Part shown: positions 18,357-27,492 of the stretch, piece after piece
Layout of the letters: each line of letters begins with the position of its first letter
How positions within the stretch are numbered: the stretch's first letter is position 1
Assembly: GCA_023245355.1 (NCBI GenBank)
Contig: JAHFKN010000001.1
Span: 268,596 to 332,595, forward strand
Source of the DNA: Candidatus Gottesmanbacteria bacterium
Lineage (GTDB): Bacteria > Patescibacteriota > Microgenomatia > UBA10105 > UBA927
DNA: 64,000 nucleotides
Direction: 5' to 3'
Made by a program: the position numbers and the translations under genes
The notes under the pieces: model-generated
The model's database searches: none
What the model was told of the DNA's origin: nothing
What the model saw: the letters and a program-made list of their open reading frames with translations, nothing else

Positions 18357-19733
18357 TTATATAAGTTTTTTCTGAAAATATGCGGTAAGTTCGCGTACGG
18401 GTATCCGCTCCTGTTTGGTCGTATCGCGGTCGCGAACCGTAACTGCACCGTCTTCCAGCGTAGCATAATCGACTGTCACGCACCAGGGAGTCCCGATCTC
18501 ATCCTGAGCCAGATACCGTTTTCCGATGTTACCGCGGTCATCCCACGCGACGGCAAAGGATTGCTTGAGTTCATCGTACAGCGCACGGGCTTTTTGGGTT
18601 AACTCCGGTTTGTTTGCAACAAGCGGAAATACCGCTACCTTAAAAGGAGACAGCTTCGGACTGAGTTTTAATACAATCCGCTTTTCCTCCTGCACATACG
18701 AATCGGCAAGCACCATCAGAAACAGACGGTTAATACCTACTGCGGGCTCGATCACGTGCGGAATGAATTTTTTGCCTGTCTGCGGATTCATATACCGCAA
18801 ATCCGCCCCGGAGTGTTTCGCCTGCTGCGTCAGATCATAATCAGTCCGGTACGCAATTCCCCACAATTCCTTCCATCCGAACGGAAACTGATAATCCAGA
18901 TCAAACGTGTCCTTGCTGTAATGGCTGCGTTCTTTGTCCGTGTGGCGCCTCCACCGCAGATTCGCTTCATCAACCCCCATGGTTTTGGTGATAAACGACC
19001 ACATCGCTTCTTTCCATGCATCAAAAATTTTCTGCCAGTCTTCCGTTTCCGGGTCAAAAAAATATTCTATCTCCGCCTGTTCAAGCTCTATCGTCCGGAA
19101 AATAAACTGCCCGGTCGTAATCTCATTGCGGAATGATTTTCCGATCTGGCCGACTCCGAACGGCAGCTGCACGCGGCTCGAGTCCACGATGTTTCGGAAA
19201 TTCGTAAATATTCCCTGTGCGGTCTCACCCCGCAGATAGAGCGTGGATTTTTCCCCCTCTACCACGCCTAATTTCGTTTCAAACAGCAGGTTAAACGTTT
19301 TGGGGGCACTCAACGGATTTCCGTCGGGACTTTCTACCGCATGTTTACTGATATACTCGCCCATCTGCTCGATCGTCAGATCTTCGACCACCACGCCTGA
19401 ATCAGGATGTGTCTTGAGCCATTCTTCGATGACATGGTCGGCACGGTACCGTTTGTTTGTGACGGTATCCTCCACCAGAGGATCGTTAAACGACCCGACA
19501 TGTCCGCTGGCAACCCAGGTTTGAGGGTGCAGCAATATCTGGCTGTCCAACCCGACCATATCAGCTCTGTCCTGAACAAATGTTTTCCACCAGATATTCC
19601 GGATATTCCGAAGCAGTTCGGCTCCCATCGGTCCGTAATCATACGAGCTCATGAGTCCGCCGTATATATCGCTCGTAGGATACACAAATCCCCGGCGTTT
19701 ACATAAACTTGCGATTGCGTCTAATGTGATCAT
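18357..19733 (-). CDS. glyQS: Glycine--tRNA ligase, alpha2 (GlyQS) type
   Basis: 458 aa, class II aaRS motifs, YDYGPMGAELLRNI start typical of dimeric GlyRS. Confidence 0.9.
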   Translation of the reverse strand: MITLDAIASLCKRRGFVYPTSDIYGGLMSSYDYGPMGAELLRNIRNIWWKTFVQDRADMVGLDSQILLHPQTWVASGHVGSFNDPLVEDTVTNKRYRADHVIEEWLKTHPDSGVVVEDLTIEQMGEYISKHAVESPDGNPLSAPKTFNLLFETKLGVVEGEKSTLYLRGETAQGIFTNFRNIVDSSRVQLPFGVGQIGKSFRNEITTGQFIFRTIELEQAEIEYFFDPETEDWQKIFDAWKEAMWSFITKTMGVDEANLRWRRHTDKERSHYSKDTFDLDYQFPFGWKELWGIAYRTDYDLTQQAKHSGADLRYMNPQTGKKFIPHVIEPAVGINRLFLMVLADSYVQEEKRIVLKLSPKLSPFKVAVFPLVANKPELTQKARALYDELKQSFAVAWDDRGNIGKRYLAQDEIGTPWCVTVDYATLEDGAVTVRDRDTTKQERIPVRELTAYFQKKLI

Positions 19734-19748
19734 ATATTTCCTCCTAAT

Positions 19749-19892
19749 AAAAAAGCCCCCACCACAATATGCTTGTGATAGGGGTCCAAATTATTTCGGA
19801 CGGTTCCACCCTACTTCCCCGATCGTATCGGGACAACTTCATTTATGTTCGGTAAGACTCCCCCGGAGCCACCCGGGATCACCGTCTCACAC
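19749..19892 (-). promoter_or_regulatory. T-box riboswitch leader (glycine-specific by context) with terminator
   Basis: Minus strand AGGGUGGAACCG T-box core (plus 19801-19812). Terminator stem GGACCCCUAUCACAAG/CUUGUGGUGGGGGC with UUUUUUAUU tail (plus 19749-19790). AGGAGG RBS lies 8 nt before the glyQS ATG. Confidence 0.7.
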
Positions 19893-19898
19893 AAAGAC

Positions 19899-19929
19899 AA
19901 GTGTACCGTATGCGAATTTTGTCTGTCAA
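19899..19929 (-). promoter_or_regulatory. Promoter of the glyQS T-box leader
   Basis: TTGACA (plus 19924-19929, minus orientation), 18 nt spacer, TACACT -10 (plus 19900-19905). Confidence 0.5.
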
Positions 19930-20498
19930 GCAATTTTCCCGCGCTCCTCCATAAGAAGCCGTGCAAAATGCGTACTCTTCATTCTCCGCTCCGTAATGGT
20001 TTCTATAAACTGCTGAAGGGCTTGCCCGTTTAATGTTTTGCTCCGCGGCAAAAATCCGAGCGTCCAGAGGAGCTCCAGAGTAAATGTTTTGCTCATCGGA
20101 TACATGCGGGTTCCGCTACACAGATCATCAAGCGCCCGGGTAAGAAGGGAAAATACATCCCGTTGCTCCTGCTTTTCCGGCAGCAGACTGTCTATGAGTT
20201 CGCAGAAATAATACGCCATACTTACACGCGTAAGATCGCCACGCACTGCCTGATACGCGTTTACCGGCTCTGCTTCCGAAATACTTTCAAGCGATTTGCC
20301 GCTGTGAACGACGATGTTCACCCGGGTAAATACCTCAAGATGCGGAGCACGACGGCTGGAAACCTTCCGGATCCCTTTGGCGATCACGCGCATTTTTCCG
20401 TATTCTTTGGTAAACACCGTGATAATCCTGTCTGCTTCGCCGACATTTTTCCGCTTCAGGATTATTCCTTCCGCTTTATAGACGCGTGGGGACGTCAT
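19926..20498 (-). CDS. recO: DNA repair protein RecO
   Basis: AEGIILKRKNVGEADRIITVFTKEYGK N-terminal OB-fold motif typical of RecO; start set at MTSPRVYKAEG. Confidence 0.8.
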   Translation of the reverse strand: MTSPRVYKAEGIILKRKNVGEADRIITVFTKEYGKMRVIAKGIRKVSSRRAPHLEVFTRVNIVVHSGKSLESISEAEPVNAYQAVRGDLTRVSMAYYFCELIDSLLPEKQEQRDVFSLLTRALDDLCSGTRMYPMSKTFTLELLWTLGFLPRSKTLNGQALQQFIETITERRMKSTHFARLLMEERGKIA

Positions 20499-20503
20499 GA
20501 AGA

Positions 20504-22471
20504 TTAAAGCACTACTTCCGTATCGGTATCCAATATCATTTTCTTCCGGTCTTTCCCGTTTAGGCGGATGATCCACTCCTGCCCGTTGGTACCCGACTGT
20601 TTTTGGATCAATAACCGGTATTTACCGTCAGCGGATTTGAGCGGAGACGTGTAGGTGATTTCTATACGGGCTGTTCCCATCGGGTTGACGATCAGGAATC
20701 CCTCAAATACGGTTTTCTGCAAATCAGTGTAGGTATCCACGGGTTTAGACTTACCGTCCGTCGGCGATATGATTCCCTTGCTTTCGACAAGTTTGCTGCC
20801 CGTCGGCGCGTACACCCGTACCCAGTTCCTAAGCGGCGCGTTTAAGCATAATCCTCCGCTTTCCAATCCGCAGTCGCTTCCCTTATACGGATTTTTGTAA
20901 TCAACAGTCAGCTTCGTCGTCACGCTGTCTCCGCTTACCGTGACATCTTTTGTCACTTTTTCACTGACAAACATGTTCGATTTGGCTCCTGCCATATTGC
21001 TGTTATTGAGGTGTACGTAATCCCATCCGTTATTTTCTTTATATGCCAGAAGCGTTGCCGTCTCGGAAGCCGTCATAATACGTCCGGCCATATTGAAGCT
21101 CTCAGCTGCTTTCTGTGCGCCGGGTTCCAGGAAGTACGCAAGCACGTGTTTCTGATTCACTTCGGTCAGAAGCATCTGGAATAATTTGCCCCAGTATTGT
21201 GACGGGGAAACGCCAAGCGCTTTCTGCATGAGTTGCTGCAGTAATGTTCCGATAATGTCCTTGCGTTCCGTCCGGACATAATTGACCGGCCGCGTGGAAT
21301 AATCTTCCAGCTCATAGACTGCCCTCGGGCAATCACACCGCTTGTCCGTATCGGCAGAAAATACCCGTCCGCCGATCGTCTCGGATCCCAGTATTTTCAG
21401 CACTTCGACCAGAACGTGCGTATCGACCGCGATAATACCGTCGATTTTTTCTTTGCCGGCAGCCGTGTCATACATCCTGAGAAACTGCTGCATGGACACT
21501 TTATAATCCGGATTCAGGTTACTGTCCCGGATATACAGGTTATAGACGTTTTTGTGGAATGTCGTAATCTCCCGGGGCGCGGGGAATTTCTGCTTCAATG
21601 CACTGTCGAGATCATAGATATCCGTCGATTTCTCGAGAATCATTTTCCCTTTTTCCAGACGGAACTGGGCATATGCGGTCAAAAATCCGCCCGTACTCCG
21701 GAGTTCTTTGTCATTTTGGAACAGGATAAGATACCGCCGCATCTCCGGTTCTCCCAGCATGGCCGGGAGATTGATAAGAAGCGGCTGGGCATTCACGAAC
21801 AGATTTGCCGCATTATCGATAACGTCTTTCATCTCTACCAACCGCGCACGCACGACTGTTTTGCCGATTTTCGCTGGATACCTATCCGGATTGATCTGAT
21901 CCAGCTCCTTACGCATCGTGTCGATGGAACCTGCCATTTCCGTAATCTTCGGCGTCAATGCTTTCATGGTCTTTACCGCGACTTGGATACGTTCGTCTGC
22001 CGACCCCTGAACAAATTTGCTGCCTCCGGTAAATCCCAGTAAATCCGCGTTCGGCTCCAGTGCTTCTATCGCCCGGTCAGCAGCATCGAGGGCTGCAAAT
22101 CCGGCTGCGATTCCGTGCGATCCGTCATTGACGTATGCCCCTAAGAACGGGATAAATTTAAGAGGTGCCATCTTGTTATATTCTTTTGACAATGCCGTAA
22201 ATGCAGTGCGGGTTTTGGATAACCCGTCTTTGGTAGCAGCTAAATCCTGATTCTTGAGCGCTTCAGCAGTCTGACGGCCGATTGCTGCTACGTCATTTGC
22301 CTTTACCATAACACCCCGGAGCGGCAGCAGCATAACACCGATAATTGCTACCACAACCAGAATGATTCCGAGTGGAATCAGAATAAATTTTGCGGAAAAT
22401 TTTTTCTTTGCGGGAGTCATAACAGGATCAGGTGTCGTATCAACGGTAATTTTTTTGAGTTCTTCAACCAT
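20504..22471 (-). CDS. Large membrane-anchored extracytoplasmic protein, DUF4012-like
   Basis: 655 aa, single N-terminal TM (FILIPLGIILVVVAIIGVMLL) followed by ~600 aa soluble domain; architecture and location at head of polysaccharide locus resemble DUF4012 proteins. Family call from memory, not verified. Confidence 0.45.
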   Translation of the reverse strand: MVEELKKITVDTTPDPVMTPAKKKFSAKFILIPLGIILVVVAIIGVMLLPLRGVMVKANDVAAIGRQTAEALKNQDLAATKDGLSKTRTAFTALSKEYNKMAPLKFIPFLGAYVNDGSHGIAAGFAALDAADRAIEALEPNADLLGFTGGSKFVQGSADERIQVAVKTMKALTPKITEMAGSIDTMRKELDQINPDRYPAKIGKTVVRARLVEMKDVIDNAANLFVNAQPLLINLPAMLGEPEMRRYLILFQNDKELRSTGGFLTAYAQFRLEKGKMILEKSTDIYDLDSALKQKFPAPREITTFHKNVYNLYIRDSNLNPDYKVSMQQFLRMYDTAAGKEKIDGIIAVDTHVLVEVLKILGSETIGGRVFSADTDKRCDCPRAVYELEDYSTRPVNYVRTERKDIIGTLLQQLMQKALGVSPSQYWGKLFQMLLTEVNQKHVLAYFLEPGAQKAAESFNMAGRIMTASETATLLAYKENNGWDYVHLNNSNMAGAKSNMFVSEKVTKDVTVSGDSVTTKLTVDYKNPYKGSDCGLESGGLCLNAPLRNWVRVYAPTGSKLVESKGIISPTDGKSKPVDTYTDLQKTVFEGFLIVNPMGTARIEITYTSPLKSADGKYRLLIQKQSGTNGQEWIIRLNGKDRKKMILDTDTEVVL

Positions 22472-22531
22472 GGAATTATTGTCGGGTGTAGCGGCAAAAA
22501 AGTCAACCCCGCCCGGTACGGATTGGGTTCC

Positions 22532-23167
22532 TTACACTGCTCCTCTGCCCGATATCATAGCCCAGGGGCTTTTAAGCAGAATGTATATATCCAGAAATAA
22601 TGAGCGTTTGAGTACGTAATCAGCGTCCAGTTTTATCCGTTTGTCAAAATTCACTTCGCTTCTGCCTGACACCTGCCAATACCCCGTAATTCCCGGGCGT
22701 GATGACAGCACGATCTGCACAAGTTCCTTCGTATGGGGATATTTGCGCTGCTGCTCAACCAGCTCGTCGGCATAGTACGGACGCGGGCCGACCAGACTCA
22801 TATCTCCTTTGAGCACGTTGAGAAACTGCGGGATCTCATCGAGCGAATGTTTGCGGATAAACCGGCCGACGGCAGTGACCCTGGGGTCTTCCCGGAGTTT
22901 ATAACTGTTCCGTTTATACTCGAGGTACAGTTTCTTGAGCTTCGGATCGGTACGGAGTTTTACATGCGCATTGACGATCATCGACCGGAACTTAAACAGC
23001 TTAAACGGCTTCCCGTTTTTTCCGACGCGCTGCGGCGTATCGGCAAATACCGGACCCGGACTATCAAAAACAATAGCCAGAGCGACGATAATGCTGATAG
23101 GAAGAAAAATAATTGCAAGAATCAGACTTCCGACAATATCAATAAACCGCTTTAAAATAGTGTACAT
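22532..23167 (-). CDS. Bacterial sugar transferase: monotopic polyprenyl-phosphate phosphoglycosyltransferase (PglC/WcaJ-C-terminal type)
   Basis: ILKRFIDIVGSLILAIIFLPISIIVALAIVFDSPGPVF re-entrant helix motif, KFRSM, DEIPQFLNVLKGDMSLVGPRP catalytic region. Confidence 0.85.
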   Translation of the reverse strand: MYTILKRFIDIVGSLILAIIFLPISIIVALAIVFDSPGPVFADTPQRVGKNGKPFKLFKFRSMIVNAHVKLRTDPKLKKLYLEYKRNSYKLREDPRVTAVGRFIRKHSLDEIPQFLNVLKGDMSLVGPRPYYADELVEQQRKYPHTKELVQIVLSSRPGITGYWQVSGRSEVNFDKRIKLDADYVLKRSLFLDIYILLKSPWAMISGRGAV

Positions 23168-23194
23168 AATGCCGCACCACATGACCGTTTGGTT

Positions 23195-24280
23195 TCAGGT
23201 TAAGTGGTCGTTTTCTGTGCCCTGCATGGATTCGACAAGTTTTTTCACTTTCGGTACCGATGTTTTCCGGCATACAAGCAGCACGTCATCGGTGTTGACG
23301 ACCAGTACATCTTCCATATCGATGGTAACGACCAGCTGCTTCCCGTTATAGTTATACACTAAACTGTCCTCTGTATCCGTAAGCATCACTTTTCCCTGCG
23401 TGACGTTTTTCTCTTTTGATTCTTCCAGCGCTTCCTTGAGTGCTTCCCAGGCTCCTATATCGCTCCATTCAATGTTGTCTGATATGACCAGCGCATCATT
23501 GGCATCAAGTTTTTCCAATATGGCGTTATCAAAACTGATTTTTTCCAGCGTCGGGTAGATCTCATCGAGTATGTCAGAAAACTGTGCCGTGCCCCACGCA
23601 TCGGCAATCCGGGTAATACCGGCTGCCAAATTCGGAGCAAACGCTACATACTGCTTCCATAAAAACGCCGGCGTCGTCACAAAATATCCTAAATTCCATG
23701 CATGGTGACCGCTGGCAAAGTACTTTTTGGCGGTGTCTGCATCCGGGCGGTACTGAAAATCCACAAACGAGTGGAAGGATACGCCTTCTTTTTTCATCAC
23801 TTCGCTGCCGTAGGAAATCCATCCTAAATTTTCACTGGCAAACCGGGGCTTTTGGGATACGAACACGATTTTATCCTGATTGTCTTTCACGATATCTCCG
23901 GCTATACGGAGAATTTTCCGGAATAACGCTTCTTTTCTCACCAGATGATCACTCCAGAGAATAACCATGGGTTCGTTCGGCGTTTCTTTGGCAAGCAGCG
24001 CTGTCATGAGTCCTACTGCCGGTCCGACATCGCGCACCTGAGGTTCCCCTATTACGTGTCTCGGAGGTAATTTGTTTAATTGCTCCTGTACGATGGGAAT
24101 ATATTGTTTCCCTGTGGATATAAAAATATCCTCCCAGGTAAAATCCGGGAGCAGCCGCTCAGCAGCAAGCTGCAGCGTGGACCGGTCGCCGATAATTTTT
24201 TCAAACTGTTTGGGTGACTTTTTCCGTGATAACGGCCACAGCCTTGTCCCGACTCCGCCTGCAAATATAATTGCTTTCAT
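23195..24280 (-). CDS. Mannose-1-phosphate guanylyltransferase-like sugar nucleotidyltransferase
   Basis: MKAIIFAGGVGTRLWPLSR N-terminal signature of ManC/GMP-type nucleotidyltransferases; 361 aa. Confidence 0.75.
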   Translation of the reverse strand: MKAIIFAGGVGTRLWPLSRKKSPKQFEKIIGDRSTLQLAAERLLPDFTWEDIFISTGKQYIPIVQEQLNKLPPRHVIGEPQVRDVGPAVGLMTALLAKETPNEPMVILWSDHLVRKEALFRKILRIAGDIVKDNQDKIVFVSQKPRFASENLGWISYGSEVMKKEGVSFHSFVDFQYRPDADTAKKYFASGHHAWNLGYFVTTPAFLWKQYVAFAPNLAAGITRIADAWGTAQFSDILDEIYPTLEKISFDNAILEKLDANDALVISDNIEWSDIGAWEALKEALEESKEKNVTQGKVMLTDTEDSLVYNYNGKQLVVTIDMEDVLVVNTDDVLLVCRKTSVPKVKKLVESMQGTENDHLT

Positions 24281-24338
24281 ACCTGATTATGGAAATTCCG
24301 TTTGTGTTACGGTGACGGAATTCCGTTATCCTTTCTTT

Positions 24339-25526
24339 TTACACTGCTGCCGGTATCATTGTTGTTTTTTGTTTTTGATACAGCTTCGTTACGAGACTGT
24401 GCATACGTTTGCGAAAATGTCCTTCACTCATATTACTCACCTGCGCACGGCAGTCTGACGCCGTATACTCCTGCGTCAGAAATTCCCTGACTGCAGCTAT
24501 CAGCGAATCCGCTGTTTGGTGATCATACAACACACCGGATACATGTTCCTTTACTATTTCCGCTACCCCGCTTTGCCGGTATGCTATTACCGGAACACCG
24601 ATTGCCTGCGCCTCTGCTGCGGCAAGTCCGAAGTCTTCATCGGCTGCATATACAAATGCACGACAACCCTCATAATATCGAACCAGCTCAGAATCTGTCA
24701 AATGACGGTCGATAAACCGGATGTTGGATCGGGCCTGCGATTTCAGTTCCCGCTTCTGCCAGCCGTCCCCGATGATGACAAGCGGGAGACCGAGCGCGTT
24801 AAACGCCTGAATGAGAATATCAAGCCGTTTATAACTCACTAACCGGGACACGGTAAGGAAATATGATCGTTTTTTTGTGCGCTTCCCTGACGTCCGCCGG
24901 AACAATTGCGTATCTACCGGCGGATGGATGACATCGGTCACATCACGGTGATAATACGTTTCGATCCTCTGTTTTACCCGCTGCGAAATGGCCACATAAT
25001 AATCGGGCCTGCTGGCGGAAACGATATCCCATTCCCGCAAAACCGGAGCCATCAGACGCAGTGCTGCCGCAGCTATACCACTGAATAATCCAAACCCCGG
25101 CTGATTCATATACTGTGTAAATCCGCTCCATAAGTACCGGGTGGGAGTGAGACAATAACAGATATGCAGCGTATCCGGCTTGGTAATGACGTTTTTGGCC
25201 TCTGCCGATGTCACCGAAATGACGACGTCATATTCATCAAATGTAAACGATTCAAACGCAATGGGGGTAAGCCCCAGCAACGACTCATGTGCATGGGTTG
25301 CAAACGGAATACGCTGTAAAAACGACGGGTGCACACGGAATACATCCGCCCACGATGCGCGTTTTTTATCATACACCGCCGTAAAAAGAGGAGCCGCCGG
25401 CCAGATTTTATGAAGTGCCAAAAGCACCCGCTCCGCTCCCCCCCATTTATTTACCCGGTCATACACGAATGCAACGTTCATAAATGCTTTGCGTCTCCTC
25501 TGCCATACGTTTCCATGAAAACGCAC
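24339..25526 (-). CDS. GT4-family glycosyltransferase
   Basis: GT-B C-terminal E-x7-E region (LPLVIIGDGWQKRELKS...AADEDFGLAAAEAQAIGVPVIA). Confidence 0.8.
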   Translation of the reverse strand: MRFHGNVWQRRRKAFMNVAFVYDRVNKWGGAERVLLALHKIWPAAPLFTAVYDKKRASWADVFRVHPSFLQRIPFATHAHESLLGLTPIAFESFTFDEYDVVISVTSAEAKNVITKPDTLHICYCLTPTRYLWSGFTQYMNQPGFGLFSGIAAAALRLMAPVLREWDIVSASRPDYYVAISQRVKQRIETYYHRDVTDVIHPPVDTQLFRRTSGKRTKKRSYFLTVSRLVSYKRLDILIQAFNALGLPLVIIGDGWQKRELKSQARSNIRFIDRHLTDSELVRYYEGCRAFVYAADEDFGLAAAEAQAIGVPVIAYRQSGVAEIVKEHVSGVLYDHQTADSLIAAVREFLTQEYTASDCRAQVSNMSEGHFRKRMHSLVTKLYQKQKTTMIPAAV

Positions 25527-26580
25527 TCAGAAATTTTTTATCATTGCCCTGCAATTGCATGACGGTACTGTTCTTTGCCGCTATATCCGTAAGCGCCTTT
25601 GCCAAACTCCCGGAACTGTTCGGATCAAAATATACGGCGTGAGACCCCAATATCTCATGAAATACGGGGATGTCGGAAGCGCATACGATACATCCTAAAG
25701 AAACCGCTTCCAGCGCAGGTAATCCGAACCCTTCCATCAGGGACGGAAAAACAAACGCGGATGCATGCGTATACAGACTGACAAGCTGCGGGTCATTTGC
25801 CGGACCGAAAAAAACGACGGACGAAGAAAGTCCCATCTCATGAACACGGGCATTCACCTGCCGGTAAAAGAAATCATCCGCGCCGACCAACACGAGTTTA
25901 CACGCACCGACGGATTTTTGGGTATCCATAAACTGCCGGAATCCCTCTAAGAGCATTTGGATATTTTTGTGCGGATAGGCATTTCCTACGTAGAGAAAAT
26001 AGGGTTCGTTAATCAGACGTTTTCCTTTCGAAGCGGCATGATTCATAAGCGCCGGGTCCACTCCTTCGTATGTGACGGTTATGTTCTTGCCCGGTATATG
26101 AAAATGATCCATGATTTCCCGTTTTGTCGCCTCTGAAACAGCGATGATATGGCGTGCGCGCCTGAGCCCTATCCATAATTCCAGCCAGTATCCCAGCCGT
26201 TTGAGGTAATACAGCGGCAGCGGCAGCGTCGTGGCTTTGCCGGTAGCAAAATGCAGAATAGTCAGATCGTGAATCGTGATTACCATGCGGCCGGAATATA
26301 AAACCGGCGGATTATGATACGGAACGTGCAGGAGATCCAGATGCTCCGATGCAAACAATTGCGGCATGCGGATCTGTTCTGACAGCGTATGCCAATGCGA
26401 AGGAGCCAGCACTTTCTTCCAGCGGGAAGAGGGAAGCGTAAACGAATCGTAACTTTTCGGCGACAGGAACACCACATACTCATGTCCGGAATCGCGAGCA
26501 CCAAGCTCCCCGATCAGATTCCGGATATATCTTCCTACTCCTGTTTCCTGGATAAGCCGCGCGTCTATACCTATTTTCAT
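25459..26580 (-). CDS. GT4-family glycosyltransferase
   Basis: GT-B motifs FVFPSLMEGFGLPALEAVSLGCIVCASD. Confidence 0.8.
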   Translation of the reverse strand: MKIGIDARLIQETGVGRYIRNLIGELGARDSGHEYVVFLSPKSYDSFTLPSSRWKKVLAPSHWHTLSEQIRMPQLFASEHLDLLHVPYHNPPVLYSGRMVITIHDLTILHFATGKATTLPLPLYYLKRLGYWLELWIGLRRARHIIAVSEATKREIMDHFHIPGKNITVTYEGVDPALMNHAASKGKRLINEPYFLYVGNAYPHKNIQMLLEGFRQFMDTQKSVGACKLVLVGADDFFYRQVNARVHEMGLSSSVVFFGPANDPQLVSLYTHASAFVFPSLMEGFGLPALEAVSLGCIVCASDIPVFHEILGSHAVYFDPNSSGSLAKALTDIAAKNSTVMQLQGNDKKFLSAFSWKRMAEETQSIYERCIRV

Positions 26581-26583
26581 ACC

Positions 26584-27492
26584 TCACACTCCGAATTTTT
26601 CCAACAAAAATATTCTCGTTTTATAGACGCTGTCCACAAAAAACGTAAGCCACGGACCATAGACACGCGCGTAGTTTTTGGTATAAAACAGCCAATTATA
26701 TTTGTGAAAATATATTTCCGTCGTGATACGGCGTTGTTTGAGCGTATTGGAGCGTCCGCTCTGTTTTTTTTTGTGCAGGATGGTTGCCGAGGGAGTAAAC
26801 AGAATTTTCCAGCCCTTTTGCCGTATCCTGTACGCCCAGTCTATATCCTCGCCGTACATAAAATAATCCTCGTCAAGGAATCCTACCTCCCGGAGTGTTT
26901 CCCTCCGTATGAGGAAAAATGCGCCGACAATACAGTCTACCTCGTGATCGACGGACAAATCCTTGTACCCCTGATGATATTCCCCGAATAGTTTCGTTTT
27001 CGGAAACAAACGCTCCAGTTTCAGTATGTAGGTGAGCGATACCCACGGCGTCGGAAATCCCCGGTGACAGGCAGGATCCATGGAGCCGTCGGGCAGCAGA
27101 AGCTTGCAGGTCGATGCTCCCGCTTCCGGGTGATGATCCATAAATGAAATCATCGTACGAATCGTATCGGGAGGCGTTTCCGTATCGGTATTGAGAAGCA
27201 ATATGTATCTGCCCTTTGCACGTTTGATCCCGGGATTATTTCCGGCGGCAAATCCCAGATTTTTCCCGTTCTGTATAAAAATGACGCCGGGGAATTCCTT
27301 CTTTACCATTTCCTCACTTTTGTCGGCCGATCCGTTATCAACAACGATCACTTCCATAACATACGGGCCCAATTCGGACTGAAGCAGTGTCGCAAGACAC
27401 ACGTGGGTGAGATCTCTGGTGTTGTAATTTAATATAACAACGGACAAATCCGGATTATTTTTTCTCATATGCATCTTTCCAGACTCCCTCAA
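26584..27492 (-). CDS. GT2-family glycosyltransferase
   Basis: LSVVILNYNTRDLTHVCL...VVDNGSAD, DxD region LLLNTDTE. Confidence 0.8.
   Translation of the reverse strand: MRESGKMHMRKNNPDLSVVILNYNTRDLTHVCLATLLQSELGPYVMEVIVVDNGSADKSEEMVKKEFPGVIFIQNGKNLGFAAGNNPGIKRAKGRYILLLNTDTETPPDTIRTMISFMDHHPEAGASTCKLLLPDGSMDPACHRGFPTPWVSLTYILKLERLFPKTKLFGEYHQGYKDLSVDHEVDCIVGAFFLIRRETLREVGFLDEDYFMYGEDIDWAYRIRQKGWKILFTPSATILHKKKQSGRSNTLKQRRITTEIYFHKYNWLFYTKNYARVYGPWLTFFVDSVYKTRIFLLEKFGV

Noticed and set aside
22472-22531. Promoter/terminator in the 60-bp gap upstream of the DUF4012-like gene.
   Set aside because: TTGACT and ATAATT hexamers are present but 21 nt apart (too long). The upstream GC-rich stem plus T-run is imperfect. 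Too weak to annotate.
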